64,000 nt of DNA from a bacterium (GTDB taxonomy: Bacteria > UBA8248 > JACPRG01 > G963555815). The notes below the pieces were generated by a model. That model ran no database searches and was not told where the DNA came from. It saw nothing but the letters and a program-made list of their open reading frames with translations. Shown here one piece after another: positions 51,875 to 61,733 of this stretch (positions are counted from its first letter, which is position 1; every line of letters starts with the position of its first letter). The DNA is taken from NCBI GenBank assembly GCA_963555815.3, contig CAUVWX020000001.1:736001-800000 (forward strand), given 5' to 3'. The position numbers and the translations under genes are program-made.

Positions 51875-52219
51875 ATGCCCATCCATGAATATCTCTGTGA
51901 CGCCTGCAACCACAGCTTTGAGAAGATTCAAAGGGTCACGGACTCCCCCGTGAAGAAATGTCCCGCCTGCGGGCGCCTGAAGATAAGACGCCTCATCTCT
52001 CAGAGCGCCTTTGTCCTGAAGGGAAGCGGGTGGTATGTCACCGACTATCCTTCCAAAGACAGAAAGAAGTCCATGGAGGCCGAGAAGAAGGGTGAGGGCG
52101 TGAAGGTGGGAGAAGGGGCCAAAAACGCTTCAGGGGATAAAAAAGGGAAGGCCGAGAAAAAAGAGTCCGTTAAATCAAACAAATCGAAAGAATCAACTAA
52201 ATCGAAAGAATCAACTTAA
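51875..52219 (+). CDS. FmdB-family zinc ribbon protein
   Basis: MPIHEYLCDAC..CPAC..FVLKGSGWYVTDY; Lys-rich tail. Confidence 0.9.
   Translation: MPIHEYLCDACNHSFEKIQRVTDSPVKKCPACGRLKIRRLISQSAFVLKGSGWYVTDYPSKDRKKSMEAEKKGEGVKVGEGAKNASGDKKGKAEKKESVKSNKSKESTKSKEST
52181..52216 (+). repeat. 18-bp tandem repeat x2
   Basis: AAATCGAAAGAATCAACT twice (KSKEST). Confidence 0.85.
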
Positions 52220-52309
52220 CGCGATTCGTTACACCCGCCTGGATTCGAATTCAATTTCGTCCCCGGATACTTTCCAGACCCTAGAATCAAATGGGTCACA
52301 GAAAAATGC

Positions 52310-52341
52310 GAAGGGGCTGCGGCAATCGCCGCAGCCCCTTC
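52310..52341. terminator. hairpin terminator after the tRNA pair
   Basis: GAAGGGGCTGCGGC-AATC-GCCGCAGCCCCTTC. Confidence 0.75.
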
Positions 52342-52348
52342 ATGAGTC

Positions 52349-52425
52349 TGGCGGGGTTGACGGGACTCGAACCCGCGACCTCTGGCTTGACAGGCCAGCG
52401 TTCTAACCAACTGAACTACAACCCC
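52349..52425 (-). tRNA. tRNA-Asp (GUC)
   Basis: GGGGTTGTAGTTCAGTTGG..CTGGC-CTGTCAA-GCCAG..GTTCGAGTCCC..GCCA. Confidence 0.97.
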
Positions 52426-52508
52426 GACTGAACTCTTTGCCTCTTAACCGCCGCCTCTGAAGCCCCAAAACCCCTGGGGCAAAAAGGTCCTTTTGATTCC
52501 TTGCTGGG

Positions 52509-52581
52509 TGGGCGGAACAGGGATCGAACCTGTGACCCTCGGTTTGTAGGACCGATGCTCTCCCAGCTGAGCTATCCGCCC
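52509..52581 (-). tRNA. tRNA-Val (UAC); CCA not encoded
   Basis: GGGCGGATAGCTCAGCTGGGAGAGCA-TCGGT-CCTACAA-ACCGA..GTTCGATCC. Confidence 0.92.
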
Positions 52582-52624
52582 CGACCGAAAAACTAAAACT
52601 TTATTTCTCTGATTCCCTGTCTCT

Positions 52625-52652
52625 TTTATAGGTCTTCAGGACTCAGGGTCAA
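52625..52652 (-). promoter_or_regulatory. sigma70 promoter for tRNA-Val/Asp
   Basis: TTGACC-N16-TATAAA. Confidence 0.55.
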
Positions 52653-52806
52653 GATGATTTTCCCAACAGGCTGACGGGGCTCGGCCTCGTTGACATCCTC
52701 TTCTTCATCTTGTATGGGGAAGGGGTTATAAAGCCTTGATGGCCGTGGTGAAGAGTCAATTGGTGGGTCTCTCTACAGGGCCTCCGCGCTTTTCAGGGGA
52801 CGCATC

Positions 52807-53943
52807 CTGAGGACCATCCCCCTCGTCGATCTCCAAACCCAACACAAGGCCCTCTGGCCCGAGATGGAGGCCGCCATCCGCCGGGTGGTGGATGGGGGTC
52901 AGTTCATCCTAGGGGAAGAGGTGGAGGCCTTTGAAGGGGAATTCGCCTCTTATCTGGGGTGCAGCCACGCCATTGGCGTCGGGAACGGGACCGAGGCGCT
53001 CTATATAGCCCTTCGCGCCCTTGGCATCGGTCCGGGCGACGAGGTCATCACGGTCCCCTTCACTTACATCGCCACGACTGAGGCCATTTCCTTGACAGGG
53101 GCCCGATTCGTCTTCGCCGACGTGAACCCCGAGACCTACACCCTTGATCCCGACGGGTTGGAGGATCGCCTCACGCCGCGGACGAAGGCCATCCTGGCCG
53201 TTCACCTCTTCGGCCACCCGGCCGACGTCGGGGCCTTAAGCGCCCTGGCGAAGGAACATCGCCTTCGGCTCGTTGAGGACGCCGCGCAGGCCCACGGGGC
53301 CCGCTACCAGGGTTGTGCAGTCGGGACGCTTGGGGATGTGGGGGCCTTTAGTTTCTATCCAGGGAAAAACCTGGGGGCCCTGGGTGACGCCGGAGCCATG
53401 GTCACCGACGACTCCGATCTGGCCGACCGAGCCCGCCTCCTTCGAAACCACGGGCGCAAGAGCCGTTATGAGCATGTCCTGGAGGGGACCAATAGCCGTC
53501 TTGACGCCCTTCAAGCCGCCCTCCTTCGGGTGAAGCTTCCTCGTCTGAACGACTGGAATGAGAGGCGCCGCCTCCTCGCCTCCAGATATCAAAGGCGTCT
53601 TTCGGGCCTTTCGGGTCTCATCTGTCCTCCCGAACCGGCCCCGGGGGTGGAGCCCGTCCACCATCAGTTCGTCATCCAGGTGACGGGGCGGGATGCCTTG
53701 AAGGCCAGGCTGAAGTTGGCCCAGATTGAGACTGCCGTCCACTATGCCCGGCCCCTCCACCTTCAGCCCGCCTATGCCGGACTCGGGTTTCGCCAAGGGG
53801 ACTTCCCGGTCTCCGAAACCCTTTCAGAGAGGGTCCTCTCGCTCCCCATCTATCCCGAGCTCACCGAGCAGGACCAGGACCGGATCTGTGATGTCATCGA
53901 GTCTCACCTGACCGCCTCCCCGGTTGCACTGAGCCCGCTTTGA
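52807..53943 (+). CDS. DegT/DnrJ/EryC1/StrS sugar aminotransferase, probable CTG start
   Basis: TIPLVDLQTQ N-terminus upstream of ATG 52864; NGTEAL, EDAAQAHG, FSFYPGKNLG, NSRLD. Confidence 0.93.
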   Translation: MRTIPLVDLQTQHKALWPEMEAAIRRVVDGGQFILGEEVEAFEGEFASYLGCSHAIGVGNGTEALYIALRALGIGPGDEVITVPFTYIATTEAISLTGARFVFADVNPETYTLDPDGLEDRLTPRTKAILAVHLFGHPADVGALSALAKEHRLRLVEDAAQAHGARYQGCAVGTLGDVGAFSFYPGKNLGALGDAGAMVTDDSDLADRARLLRNHGRKSRYEHVLEGTNSRLDALQAALLRVKLPRLNDWNERRRLLASRYQRRLSGLSGLICPPEPAPGVEPVHHQFVIQVTGRDALKARLKLAQIETAVHYARPLHLQPAYAGLGFRQGDFPVSETLSERVLSLPIYPELTEQDQDRICDVIESHLTASPVALSPL

Positions 53944-54053
53944 GGTCCCTTCCCCGACATAGTCGTCCCCGGAACACCGGTTTCCTTTTGAGAGAAGGAT
54001 AGGGCAGGAAGTCTGGGGGCGCTCCGCTCAGAGATCGTATTCAGCAGGGGAGA

Positions 54054-54480
54054 TCAGCGGGTTTCTCGGCGATGTCTTCTCAGCCAGTCCCACAAGGCCA
54101 GAAGGGTGATGGCCACATAGATGAGGAGGAAGGGACGGCCGGGGATGGAATACCGGCCCTCGGGGTGGAAGGGGGCGTGGACGAAAGAGAGATAGAGGAT
54201 AGGGACTGCCAGGAGGAAGTGAGTGCGCCAAGTCTTGATCTTGATGAGAAATCCGGCCAGGGCCAGAAGGAGCAGGGCGATCGAGAAGACCCGAAGGAGT
54301 GAGTAGGAGAGGGAACCGCCTGGAACTGAATAGGTCTGTCCCGTATCGCCCTGTCCCACAGTAAGCCAGAGGCGCGGGATGCGCGTTAGACTGGCTTTGA
54401 TATAGCCCCCAGGGTCTTCCCCGAGGTTTTTCCAAGTCAGGGCCATGTAGGAGCAGTTTGTCCGGAGTTTTTGTTGGACC
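54054..54480 (-). pseudogene. C-terminal fragment of an ArnT/GT39-like membrane glycosyltransferase
   Basis: WKNLGEDPGGYIK..RLW, TM helices, PEGRYSIP; 5' part replaced by AT-richer DNA. Confidence 0.6.
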
Positions 54481-54841
54481 CCTGATAGGCCAATCTGAAG
54501 GATGCAGGGCACAAACCCACGGGCGTCTTGAAGAAGGTTCGTTGCCACAGAGGTCTCGCAGATATTGAATTCACTGAATATATGGGGGTAGTTCGCATTC
54601 CATCCACAGTGACTGCCCTCTACGGGGCGCCACCGGCCTACAACCTGGACATGGTTGGCATCCAGATGAGCGAAGAGCTGGCGAGACCCTCACTGACCAG
54701 GACCGCGTTGACCATCTGTCCGTCTTCAAGAAACACATAACGAAGAAGACGGCCGAACCGATCCCGGTCGGACGCGCCTCGTTGAAGCCAGACCATCTTT
54801 CCAAGCACCCTATCCTGAAAGGATTGTACAACTATACGAAC

Positions 54842-55994
54842 CTACTCCCCCTCCAGGGAAAACAGGGACAAAAATTCCAGGTAAATGGCCTCGGCCAAAA
54901 GCTCGTTTCCCTCATTTGATAGATGAACTACGTCTGGCAAGATTTCAGGATGGGGGTCCGCGACGGGAATAAAATCCACGAACGCCAACGACATCTGGCG
55001 CGATATCCTGCGTTGTATTTCCATTAAACTCCCATGAATCATGAATGAGGTCTCGAAATTCCAAACCCAACCCTGAGACGCAAGCCTCTTCCGAAAGACC
55101 CTTTGTCTCTCTCCATATAGCCGTTCTGAAGGAACATAATCGGAGACTCCAAGCCCAAACCGCTTCCGATATTCATACTGAATGTCCAAATTTACAGGTT
55201 GTGTCACCAGCATCACCTTGGTTCCCTTCGTAGCGGCAAGCCTTATAATGCTCCGAAGTTTGGCCTCATACCTGCCAAGAATTTTTTATTCGATTGATTC
55301 GTATTCCCTTGAAGAAACCTTAAATGTCGGCCGGTAAACAATATCGAGATTCTTTCCCATGAGACTCGCGATTTTCTCCCGGAGAGTGAAAAACAGGACA
55401 CTCTTTTTCATCAACCGGTTTTTCACGCGAACCATCAGAGAGGTTGTGATTCTGTTGCTGTCGTTGAACCCCGAATATATGATTATCCAGTCTGGCGAGT
55501 AAGCCATAACTTCACGTTTAATCATCGAAACGATCTCTGACAGAGTGAAGCTCGGGATCCCGGCGTTGATAACCTCGAACAATGTGGGGGATCGTGTCCC
55601 TAAATTAAGACGACTCTCCAATAGACGGGGATACGTATGGGAATCTGGGTTAAGAACCCCGGTGGTGGTCGAGCCCCCAAGTGCGATGATGCGATTTGTC
55701 CCAGGGGGCTTTTCTGGGATAAAATCTGGTCCTCTAAAGCCTCGGGAGTTTGTCTTCGTTATTATCTGGAGTCCTTCGAGCTGTCCGAGGGTGACGTTGC
55801 TCGAAGAATCGTATTTATAATACCCCTTATAGTTCTTATGCTGTGTCTTCCCTCCCCAATAGAGCCACAGTAGGATTCCTTCCGTGACTGTAATAAAGCC
55901 GGATTCGTTGTGTTCCCTCAAGAGCCAGGAAAAGAATAATTGTAGGTAGGGATATAAAGACAATGTATTTGGCAGATTTTCTTAAAATTATCAC
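54842..55994 (-). pseudogene. SGNH/GDSL hydrolase with a frameshift near 55870 and in-frame TAA at 55286-55288
   Basis: RBS AGGAG + GTG, TM LFLALEG; NSRGFRG, ALGGSTT, INAG, YSGFND; ESIE*KILGRYE; DVVHLSNEGN. Confidence 0.82.
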
Positions 55995-56362
55995 AATTTT
56001 CTCCTTTCTCCTTAGCTCGGAATCCTCTGCAAGGGGTCAAGGACTCATCTATGGAAGAGCCCTGAGAAATTGGATTACTCCTCTTGCTGCTATTGCAACC
56101 GATGCAATGCTTACCAACCATACCAAAAGAAAGGAGATACACTATCGCCCAAAAGCTTTTAGAACCCCCTTAACTCCTGACGCTGTTTTGTAATGGAGAC
56201 GACAAAGAAGACTTGCGCCTGCTGCCAGCGCAATCTACCCCAGACTGAAACGAAGGAATGGATGAACAGAAAGGGCTAAAAGTAGGGCACCTAACAAAAG
56301 TCCTATTTTCAATAAATCCATCCAATAGCCCTTGCTGTTCATCCATTCGCCACCAGTTCCGC

Positions 56363-56444
56363 AATCGCGTTAGACCCTCGGTGGCAATAAGTTTGGGGGG
56401 GGGGGGGGGGGGCTTTGTCAAACTCTTGAAGCGTTTTGAGCCAG
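56363..56444 (+). repeat. direct repeat copy 1 containing a G18 tract
   Basis: AATCGCGT.AGACCCTCGGTGGCAATAA..CTTTGTCAAACTCTT..GCGTTTTGAGCCAG matches 57807-57877. Confidence 0.9.
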
Positions 56445-56458
56445 AGGGTATGATCCAC

Positions 56459-57541
56459 CTACCGTTCATCATCCGGTCCCTTTGGTCGCCAATAGAAATC
56501 CTCCAAGTCGTTTGACACCTGAAAATCGTTGCTCGGCTGGCTCTCCAGACTTCCACTCCAGTAAAGATAATTCCACATGTGCTTGTAATTTCTAAGATGC
56601 CAAACCGGGTATTGGTGGACCAGGTGGTCGCTCCGCAATCCAATGCCATAAGTCGCAAAAGCGGACGGCGTCAAATCTCCAACAGGCGTGCCGAAGAGAC
56701 TTTCCAGTGAATTCTGGGGGAGGCCCTTAGGACCACCTTTTAAGGTGACGCCCTTCTTCGCATATACTTCTCTAATCACCGCTAGCACTTTTTTGAACAC
56801 CTGCTCGGGAGGTCCTAATTTACCTAAATTTCCCAGGGCAAACCTGGGACGATAAGTCATGGGGTCCGGTTGTCCGGACGAATAGAAGATTTCCATCAGC
56901 TCTACAAAGTTAAGGGGAGTACCATCTTTCTCGTAATGCGTATTGTACAATGCGTCCATAATGACCCATTTTTGGTGTTTGGAGGACCACACCTCGGCAG
57001 TTACGTGCCCATTTGCTATTACTTCACGCCCAATAAGTCCAACAGAGCCCAAGGCTTGCGCATAGAGGTCGGCGGCTTGACCACAAAGCAACTGAGAGCC
57101 ATTCCCGGCGTATTCCAATAGGTTAAAGCCATTTTTGGTGTCTCCTCCGGGGAGTGGTGACAGTACAAGAGGCCATATTTTTGAATGTACCCATTCCCGA
57201 AGTCGCATGGCTTTATCAAACTCGGTCTGAGCTCCCTCCAGCACAGAGTCGAGCCGCGCCGACTTTCGGAACTCAACAGCCTTTGGATCTGTCGGATCAA
57301 CGATATCGATCCCCACACGGCCACCGGATTGGGAAAGCCGGATTCCTTTGGTCCAGTCATAAAGATAGCTTTTGACTATATTTTTCTTAAAGGCGAGAAA
57401 TTGCTTTACCGTCGAAAAGGAACTGAACGAAACATACGGATAGTTAGAACGGTAGTCGAGGACAAAAAGCAGGACGAGAGAAAAAAGGACGAGCCCAGAG
57501 GCCAGGAAAGCACCGATCTTCAGTGGGCGACGTGTCGTCAT
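56459..57541 (-). CDS. membrane-anchored transglutaminase-like protein
   Basis: TM near the N-terminus; LREWVH, LLCGQ (Cys), GHVTAEVWS (His), WVIMD (Asp); AT-richer. Confidence 0.78.
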   Translation of the reverse strand: MTTRRPLKIGAFLASGLVLFSLVLLFVLDYRSNYPYVSFSSFSTVKQFLAFKKNIVKSYLYDWTKGIRLSQSGGRVGIDIVDPTDPKAVEFRKSARLDSVLEGAQTEFDKAMRLREWVHSKIWPLVLSPLPGGDTKNGFNLLEYAGNGSQLLCGQAADLYAQALGSVGLIGREVIANGHVTAEVWSSKHQKWVIMDALYNTHYEKDGTPLNFVELMEIFYSSGQPDPMTYRPRFALGNLGKLGPPEQVFKKVLAVIREVYAKKGVTLKGGPKGLPQNSLESLFGTPVGDLTPSAFATYGIGLRSDHLVHQYPVWHLRNYKHMWNYLYWSGSLESQPSNDFQVSNDLEDFYWRPKGPDDER

Positions 57542-57806
57542 CACTCTAAAGTGGAAGGGCCGACAATGCTCTGCTTTCTTGCTAGACTGTTCATCTGAGG
57601 CTTTTTCCACTTGACCCTCGGGGGCAACCATTAACCCCGTCCCCCCATGGCCGTCAAACAGTTTTGCAACCCCTTTAACCGAAGCAGAGCCTCTATCCAC
57701 TGGTCGGTTGTGCCCAACCCCCCATTGCAGATTTCCTTTCACGAAACTCTGGTTTGATGTAATCGTGGGAGCACCCTAATTTTCAGGGCAAACTAGGGCT
57801 TATACT

Positions 57807-57877
57807 AATCGCGTCAGACCCTCGGTGGCAATAATTTTCGGGGGTCTTTGTCAAACTCTTAGAGCGTTTTGAGCCAG
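57807..57877 (+). repeat. direct repeat copy 2 (upstream of asnB)
   Basis: see copy 1; TTTTCGGGGGT in place of GTTT-G18. Confidence 0.9.
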
Positions 57878-57942
57878 TCCGTGTATTGCTAGAAGTCCAG
57901 AGAGGCCCTGGTGGGCATCTCGGGGTATTTAAAAACAAGCTC

Positions 57943-59898
57943 ATGTGCGGAATCTGCGGAAAAATTGCCCACGGGGCCCGGGCCAACGAGCGGGTCAGTC
58001 CCGAGCTCCTTGGGGCCATGACCTCCCAGATGGTCCACCGAGGTCCAGACGACGGCGGGACCTTGCTGCGACATTATCCCGACTATTCCGTCGGCCTCGG
58101 ACACCGTCGCCTCAGCATCATTGACCTCTCGACTGCCGGCCGCCAGCCCCTCTCCAATGAAACGGGGACAGTTTGGGTTCTTCTGAACGGCGAGATCTAT
58201 AATTTTGCAGAGCTTCGATCGCAGTTGGAGGGAAAGGGACACCAATTCTCCTCTCGCACGGACAGCGAGGTCATCGTCCATCTTTATGAGGATTATGGAG
58301 AGGGGGCCGTCAAGAAGCTTCGGGGGATGTTCGCCTTGGCCATCTGGGACGAGGAGCGTGGGCGTCTCCTCTTGGCCCGGGATCGCCTGGGGAAAAAACC
58401 GCTGTTCTACTCGGAGGGCCCCGGCCATTTCCTCTTCGCCTCAGAGTTGAACGCCCTGATGGAGGACCCCTCCATTTCTTCAGAGTTGGACTGGGCGAGC
58501 CTGGCTGACTACCTGGCCCTCAGTTATATCCCCATCCCTCGCTCTATCTTCCGGTCTGTGCGAAAGCTCCCGCCAGCCCACTTCCTCCTTTGGGAGAAGG
58601 GCCGGGTATCGCTCCAGCGTTATTGGACCGTCGATAATTCTCCTAAGTGGATCGCCTCCGAAGAGGAATATATCGAGGGGATCCTGGAGGCTCTCCGGGA
58701 GTCGACGCGGCTGCGGCTTGTCAGCGATGTCCCCCTCGGGGCCCTGTTGAGCGGAGGGATCGATTCGAGCGCCGTCGTGGCTACGATGGCGGGGCTCATG
58801 GATCGACCCGTGAAGACTTTTTCCATCGGTTTCGAAGTGGATGTCTTTAACGAGCTTCCCCACGCGAGGCGGATTGCTGAACGGTTTGGGACCGATCACC
58901 ATGAGTTTGTGGTTCGGCCGGATGCTGTTGAAGTCCTCCCCCAGATCGTGCGGCATTTCGGCGAGCCCTTCGCCGACTCCTCGGCTCTGCCCACCTACTA
59001 TCTGGCGAAGATGACCCGCGAGCACGTGACCGTCGCCCTCAACGGAGATGCCGGGGATGAGACCTTCGGGGGCTATGAACGGTACGTGGCCCTGGGGCTC
59101 GCTCACAGGTTCGACAGGCTGCCGCTCTCGGTGAGGCAAGGGCTTTGCCTGGCCCTTCGCCCGGTCCTGGGGAATTCCCTCAAGGAGAAGGGACTTCGCC
59201 GGAGGCTTCGGCGCTTCTTAGATGCCCTGCCCCTTTCCAGCGCCGGTCGCTACCTGCGGTGGATGAGCATCGCTCAGGAGGAATTGAGGCCCCACCTCTA
59301 CTCTCCCTCCCTGCTGGGGGCCTGGGAGAGTGAGGGGAGGGGGCACCCTTTGGCCGATGGCTACGAGAGCCTCGTCGAAGCCCCCGAGATCGAGAACCTC
59401 GCCGAGGGGGCCATGCGCCTCGATTTGGTGACCTATCTTCCGAACGACCTTCTCGTCAAGATGGATATCATGACCATGGCCCACGCCCTGGAGGCTCGCT
59501 CCCCTTTCCTTGACCACAAGTTCGTGGAACTGGCCGCCTCTATCCCCTCTCGTTTTAAGGTCCGAGGCAGGCAGACGAAATACATCCTGAAGCGGGCCCT
59601 GGCGTCTCTGCTCCCACCCGACATCATCCATCGGGGGAAGATGGGGTTCGGGGTGCCCTTGGCTCGGTGGTTTCGATCCGAGCTGAAGGAGTACGCCCGT
59701 GAGGTCCTGCTTGACCCAGCCAGCCTGCGGCGAGGATACTTTCAGCCGAGCGCTGTGGAAGCCCTCCTGCGCCAGCACGCCCTGGAGGAAGAGGACCACG
59801 GCTACCTTATCTGGAGCCTGCTCGTCCTGGAGCTCTGGCACCGGGAGGTCCTCGAGGGGAGGGTCCGGGGGGTTCCCCAGAAGGGCAAGATGGCCTAA
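57943..59898 (+). CDS. asnB: asparagine synthase (glutamine-hydrolysing) / polysaccharide amidotransferase
   Basis: MCGICG, HRGPD, LGHRRLSIID, NGEIYN, LSGGIDSS, EARSPFLD, KMGFGVP. Confidence 0.95.
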   Translation: MCGICGKIAHGARANERVSPELLGAMTSQMVHRGPDDGGTLLRHYPDYSVGLGHRRLSIIDLSTAGRQPLSNETGTVWVLLNGEIYNFAELRSQLEGKGHQFSSRTDSEVIVHLYEDYGEGAVKKLRGMFALAIWDEERGRLLLARDRLGKKPLFYSEGPGHFLFASELNALMEDPSISSELDWASLADYLALSYIPIPRSIFRSVRKLPPAHFLLWEKGRVSLQRYWTVDNSPKWIASEEEYIEGILEALRESTRLRLVSDVPLGALLSGGIDSSAVVATMAGLMDRPVKTFSIGFEVDVFNELPHARRIAERFGTDHHEFVVRPDAVEVLPQIVRHFGEPFADSSALPTYYLAKMTREHVTVALNGDAGDETFGGYERYVALGLAHRFDRLPLSVRQGLCLALRPVLGNSLKEKGLRRRLRRFLDALPLSSAGRYLRWMSIAQEELRPHLYSPSLLGAWESEGRGHPLADGYESLVEAPEIENLAEGAMRLDLVTYLPNDLLVKMDIMTMAHALEARSPFLDHKFVELAASIPSRFKVRGRQTKYILKRALASLLPPDIIHRGKMGFGVPLARWFRSELKEYAREVLLDPASLRRGYFQPSAVEALLRQHALEEEDHGYLIWSLLVLELWHREVLEGRVRGVPQKGKMA

Positions 59899-59951
59899 GA
59901 TATAAGCTTGTGGCCTGAAAGGGGAGGCCCTGCGGCCGAGGTGATGAAGAG

Positions 59952-61733
59952 ATGATCTATGCGGGGCCATTTCTATTGGCCTTTGCAGTTTCGTTGGCTC
60001 TGACCCCGGGGGTTCGGGCGGTCGCCCTTTGGCGAGGGTGGGTCTCCACTCCCAGACCCGATCGGTGGCATCAGCGCGAGACGGCCCTCTTCGGTGGGGT
60101 GGCCATCTATGCGGCCACCCTCGTGGCCTTCCTCCAATTCGTCCCCATCCAGAACGACCAGACCTTCATTGGCATCCTCATCGGTGGAAGCTTCATGTTT
60201 TTGGTGGGACTCATCGACGACATCAAGAAAACCCCCCCCTACGCAAAGCTGCTGGGACAGATCGTGGCGGCCTGCACCGCCGTTTACTCGGGCATCACTT
60301 TTGAGATGCTCCCCACGGTCCTGGCCATTCCCGTGACCATTCTCTGGATTGTTGGCGTCACCAACGCCTTCAACCTCATCGACAACATGGACGGCCTTGC
60401 CGCTGGGATCGCCGTCATCGCCGGCGGGATCCTCTTTGTCTACTCTTTTCTCAACGGCGTACTGTTTGTGGCCCTGGTATCTCTGGCGCTGGCGGGCGCC
60501 TCCCTGGGATTCCTCATTTTCAACTTCCATCCCGCCCGGATCTTTATGGGGGACAGTGGAAGTATGTTCATCGGGTATCTTGTCTCAGTGGTGGCCATCA
60601 TGGGGACGGCCAACCACGTGTCCAACCTGCTGGCCACCCTCATTGTTCCCATCGCGGTGCTGGGGGTCCCCATATTCGACACCGCCTTTGTGACCCTCCT
60701 TCGCCGGCTTCGAGGAAGTGCCATCACCCAGGGGGGGCGAGACCATGCCTCCCACCGCCTGGTCACCCTCGGCCTCAGCGAGCGAAAGGCAGTTCTCCTC
60801 ATTTATGCCATCAGTGTCTTTTTCGGCGCAGTCGCCTTCTTCTACGCGCGGGTCGACATCTCTCTGGCGGTCATCATGACCGTCCTGACCGCCATCCTCT
60901 TGCTGGTCGTTGGCCGCTTCCTCAGCGAGGTCAAGATCGAAGAGAAGCCCCCGGGTGCTTCTGCCGGGACGACAACGAGGCCGGTCCTCATCAACGCCAT
61001 GCTCGTCTACAAACGGCAGTTCCTGGAGGTCCTCATCGATTTCGCCCTGATCTGCATTGCCTATTACTCCGCCTACCTCGTTCGCTTCGAGGGGGTTTCC
61101 TCCGAGTGGTACCTGCCCCTCTTCATTGAGTCCTTGCCCATCGTGATCGTCCTTCAGCTTGGCACCTTCTTCCTTTTCGGTCTTTATCGCAACGTCTGGC
61201 GCTACGTCAGCATCCAAGATTTCACCGCCATTACCAAGGCCGTTACCCTGGGAAGCGTCTTGCTCCTCTTTCTCTTCACCTATCTAGGCCAGTTCCAGGG
61301 TTACTCCCGATCCGTGTTCATTGTGTACTGGTTGATCCTGCTCTGCTTGGTGGCGGCCACTCGACTCTTCTTCCGCGCTCTGCGAGAGTATTTCCTGCGC
61401 TCCTGGCGAGGAGGCAAGAAGGTCCTCATCGTCGGCGCCGGAGATGCTGGCGAGATGCTGCTTCGAGAGATCCACAATAACCGAAAGCTCAACTATGAGC
61501 CGGTCGGGTTCCTGGATGACGACACGGAGAAAGTGGGCCGCGAGATCCACGGCCTGCCCATCCTGGGGACCCGGTACGCCTTGAAGAAAGAGATCCGGGA
61601 CCGGGGCATCGAAGAGGTCCTGGTGGCCATCCCCTCGGCACAGCGCGCGGACTTGAGTGAGATCTACCGCCTTTGCGAAGAATCCGGGATCCCCTTTCGG
61701 GAGACCTCGGGCTTTTTCCTCAAGAGTCGCTAG
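59952..61733 (+). CDS. WecA/TagO-like GT4 phosphotransferase fused to a CapD-type N-terminal TM + CoA-binding domain
   Basis: GLIDD, TNAFNLIDNMDGL, NFHPARIFMGDSG, HASHRL; then GLYRNVWRY, IVGAGDAG, GFLDDD..K.G. Confidence 0.88.
   Translation: MIYAGPFLLAFAVSLALTPGVRAVALWRGWVSTPRPDRWHQRETALFGGVAIYAATLVAFLQFVPIQNDQTFIGILIGGSFMFLVGLIDDIKKTPPYAKLLGQIVAACTAVYSGITFEMLPTVLAIPVTILWIVGVTNAFNLIDNMDGLAAGIAVIAGGILFVYSFLNGVLFVALVSLALAGASLGFLIFNFHPARIFMGDSGSMFIGYLVSVVAIMGTANHVSNLLATLIVPIAVLGVPIFDTAFVTLLRRLRGSAITQGGRDHASHRLVTLGLSERKAVLLIYAISVFFGAVAFFYARVDISLAVIMTVLTAILLLVVGRFLSEVKIEEKPPGASAGTTTRPVLINAMLVYKRQFLEVLIDFALICIAYYSAYLVRFEGVSSEWYLPLFIESLPIVIVLQLGTFFLFGLYRNVWRYVSIQDFTAITKAVTLGSVLLLFLFTYLGQFQGYSRSVFIVYWLILLCLVAATRLFFRALREYFLRSWRGGKKVLIVGAGDAGEMLLREIHNNRKLNYEPVGFLDDDTEKVGREIHGLPILGTRYALKKEIRDRGIEEVLVAIPSAQRADLSEIYRLCEESGIPFRETSGFFLKSR

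Noticed and set aside
54500..54740. Possible transposase remnant (..KKVRCHRG..AYNL..)
   Set aside because: Too short and weak to support without a search.
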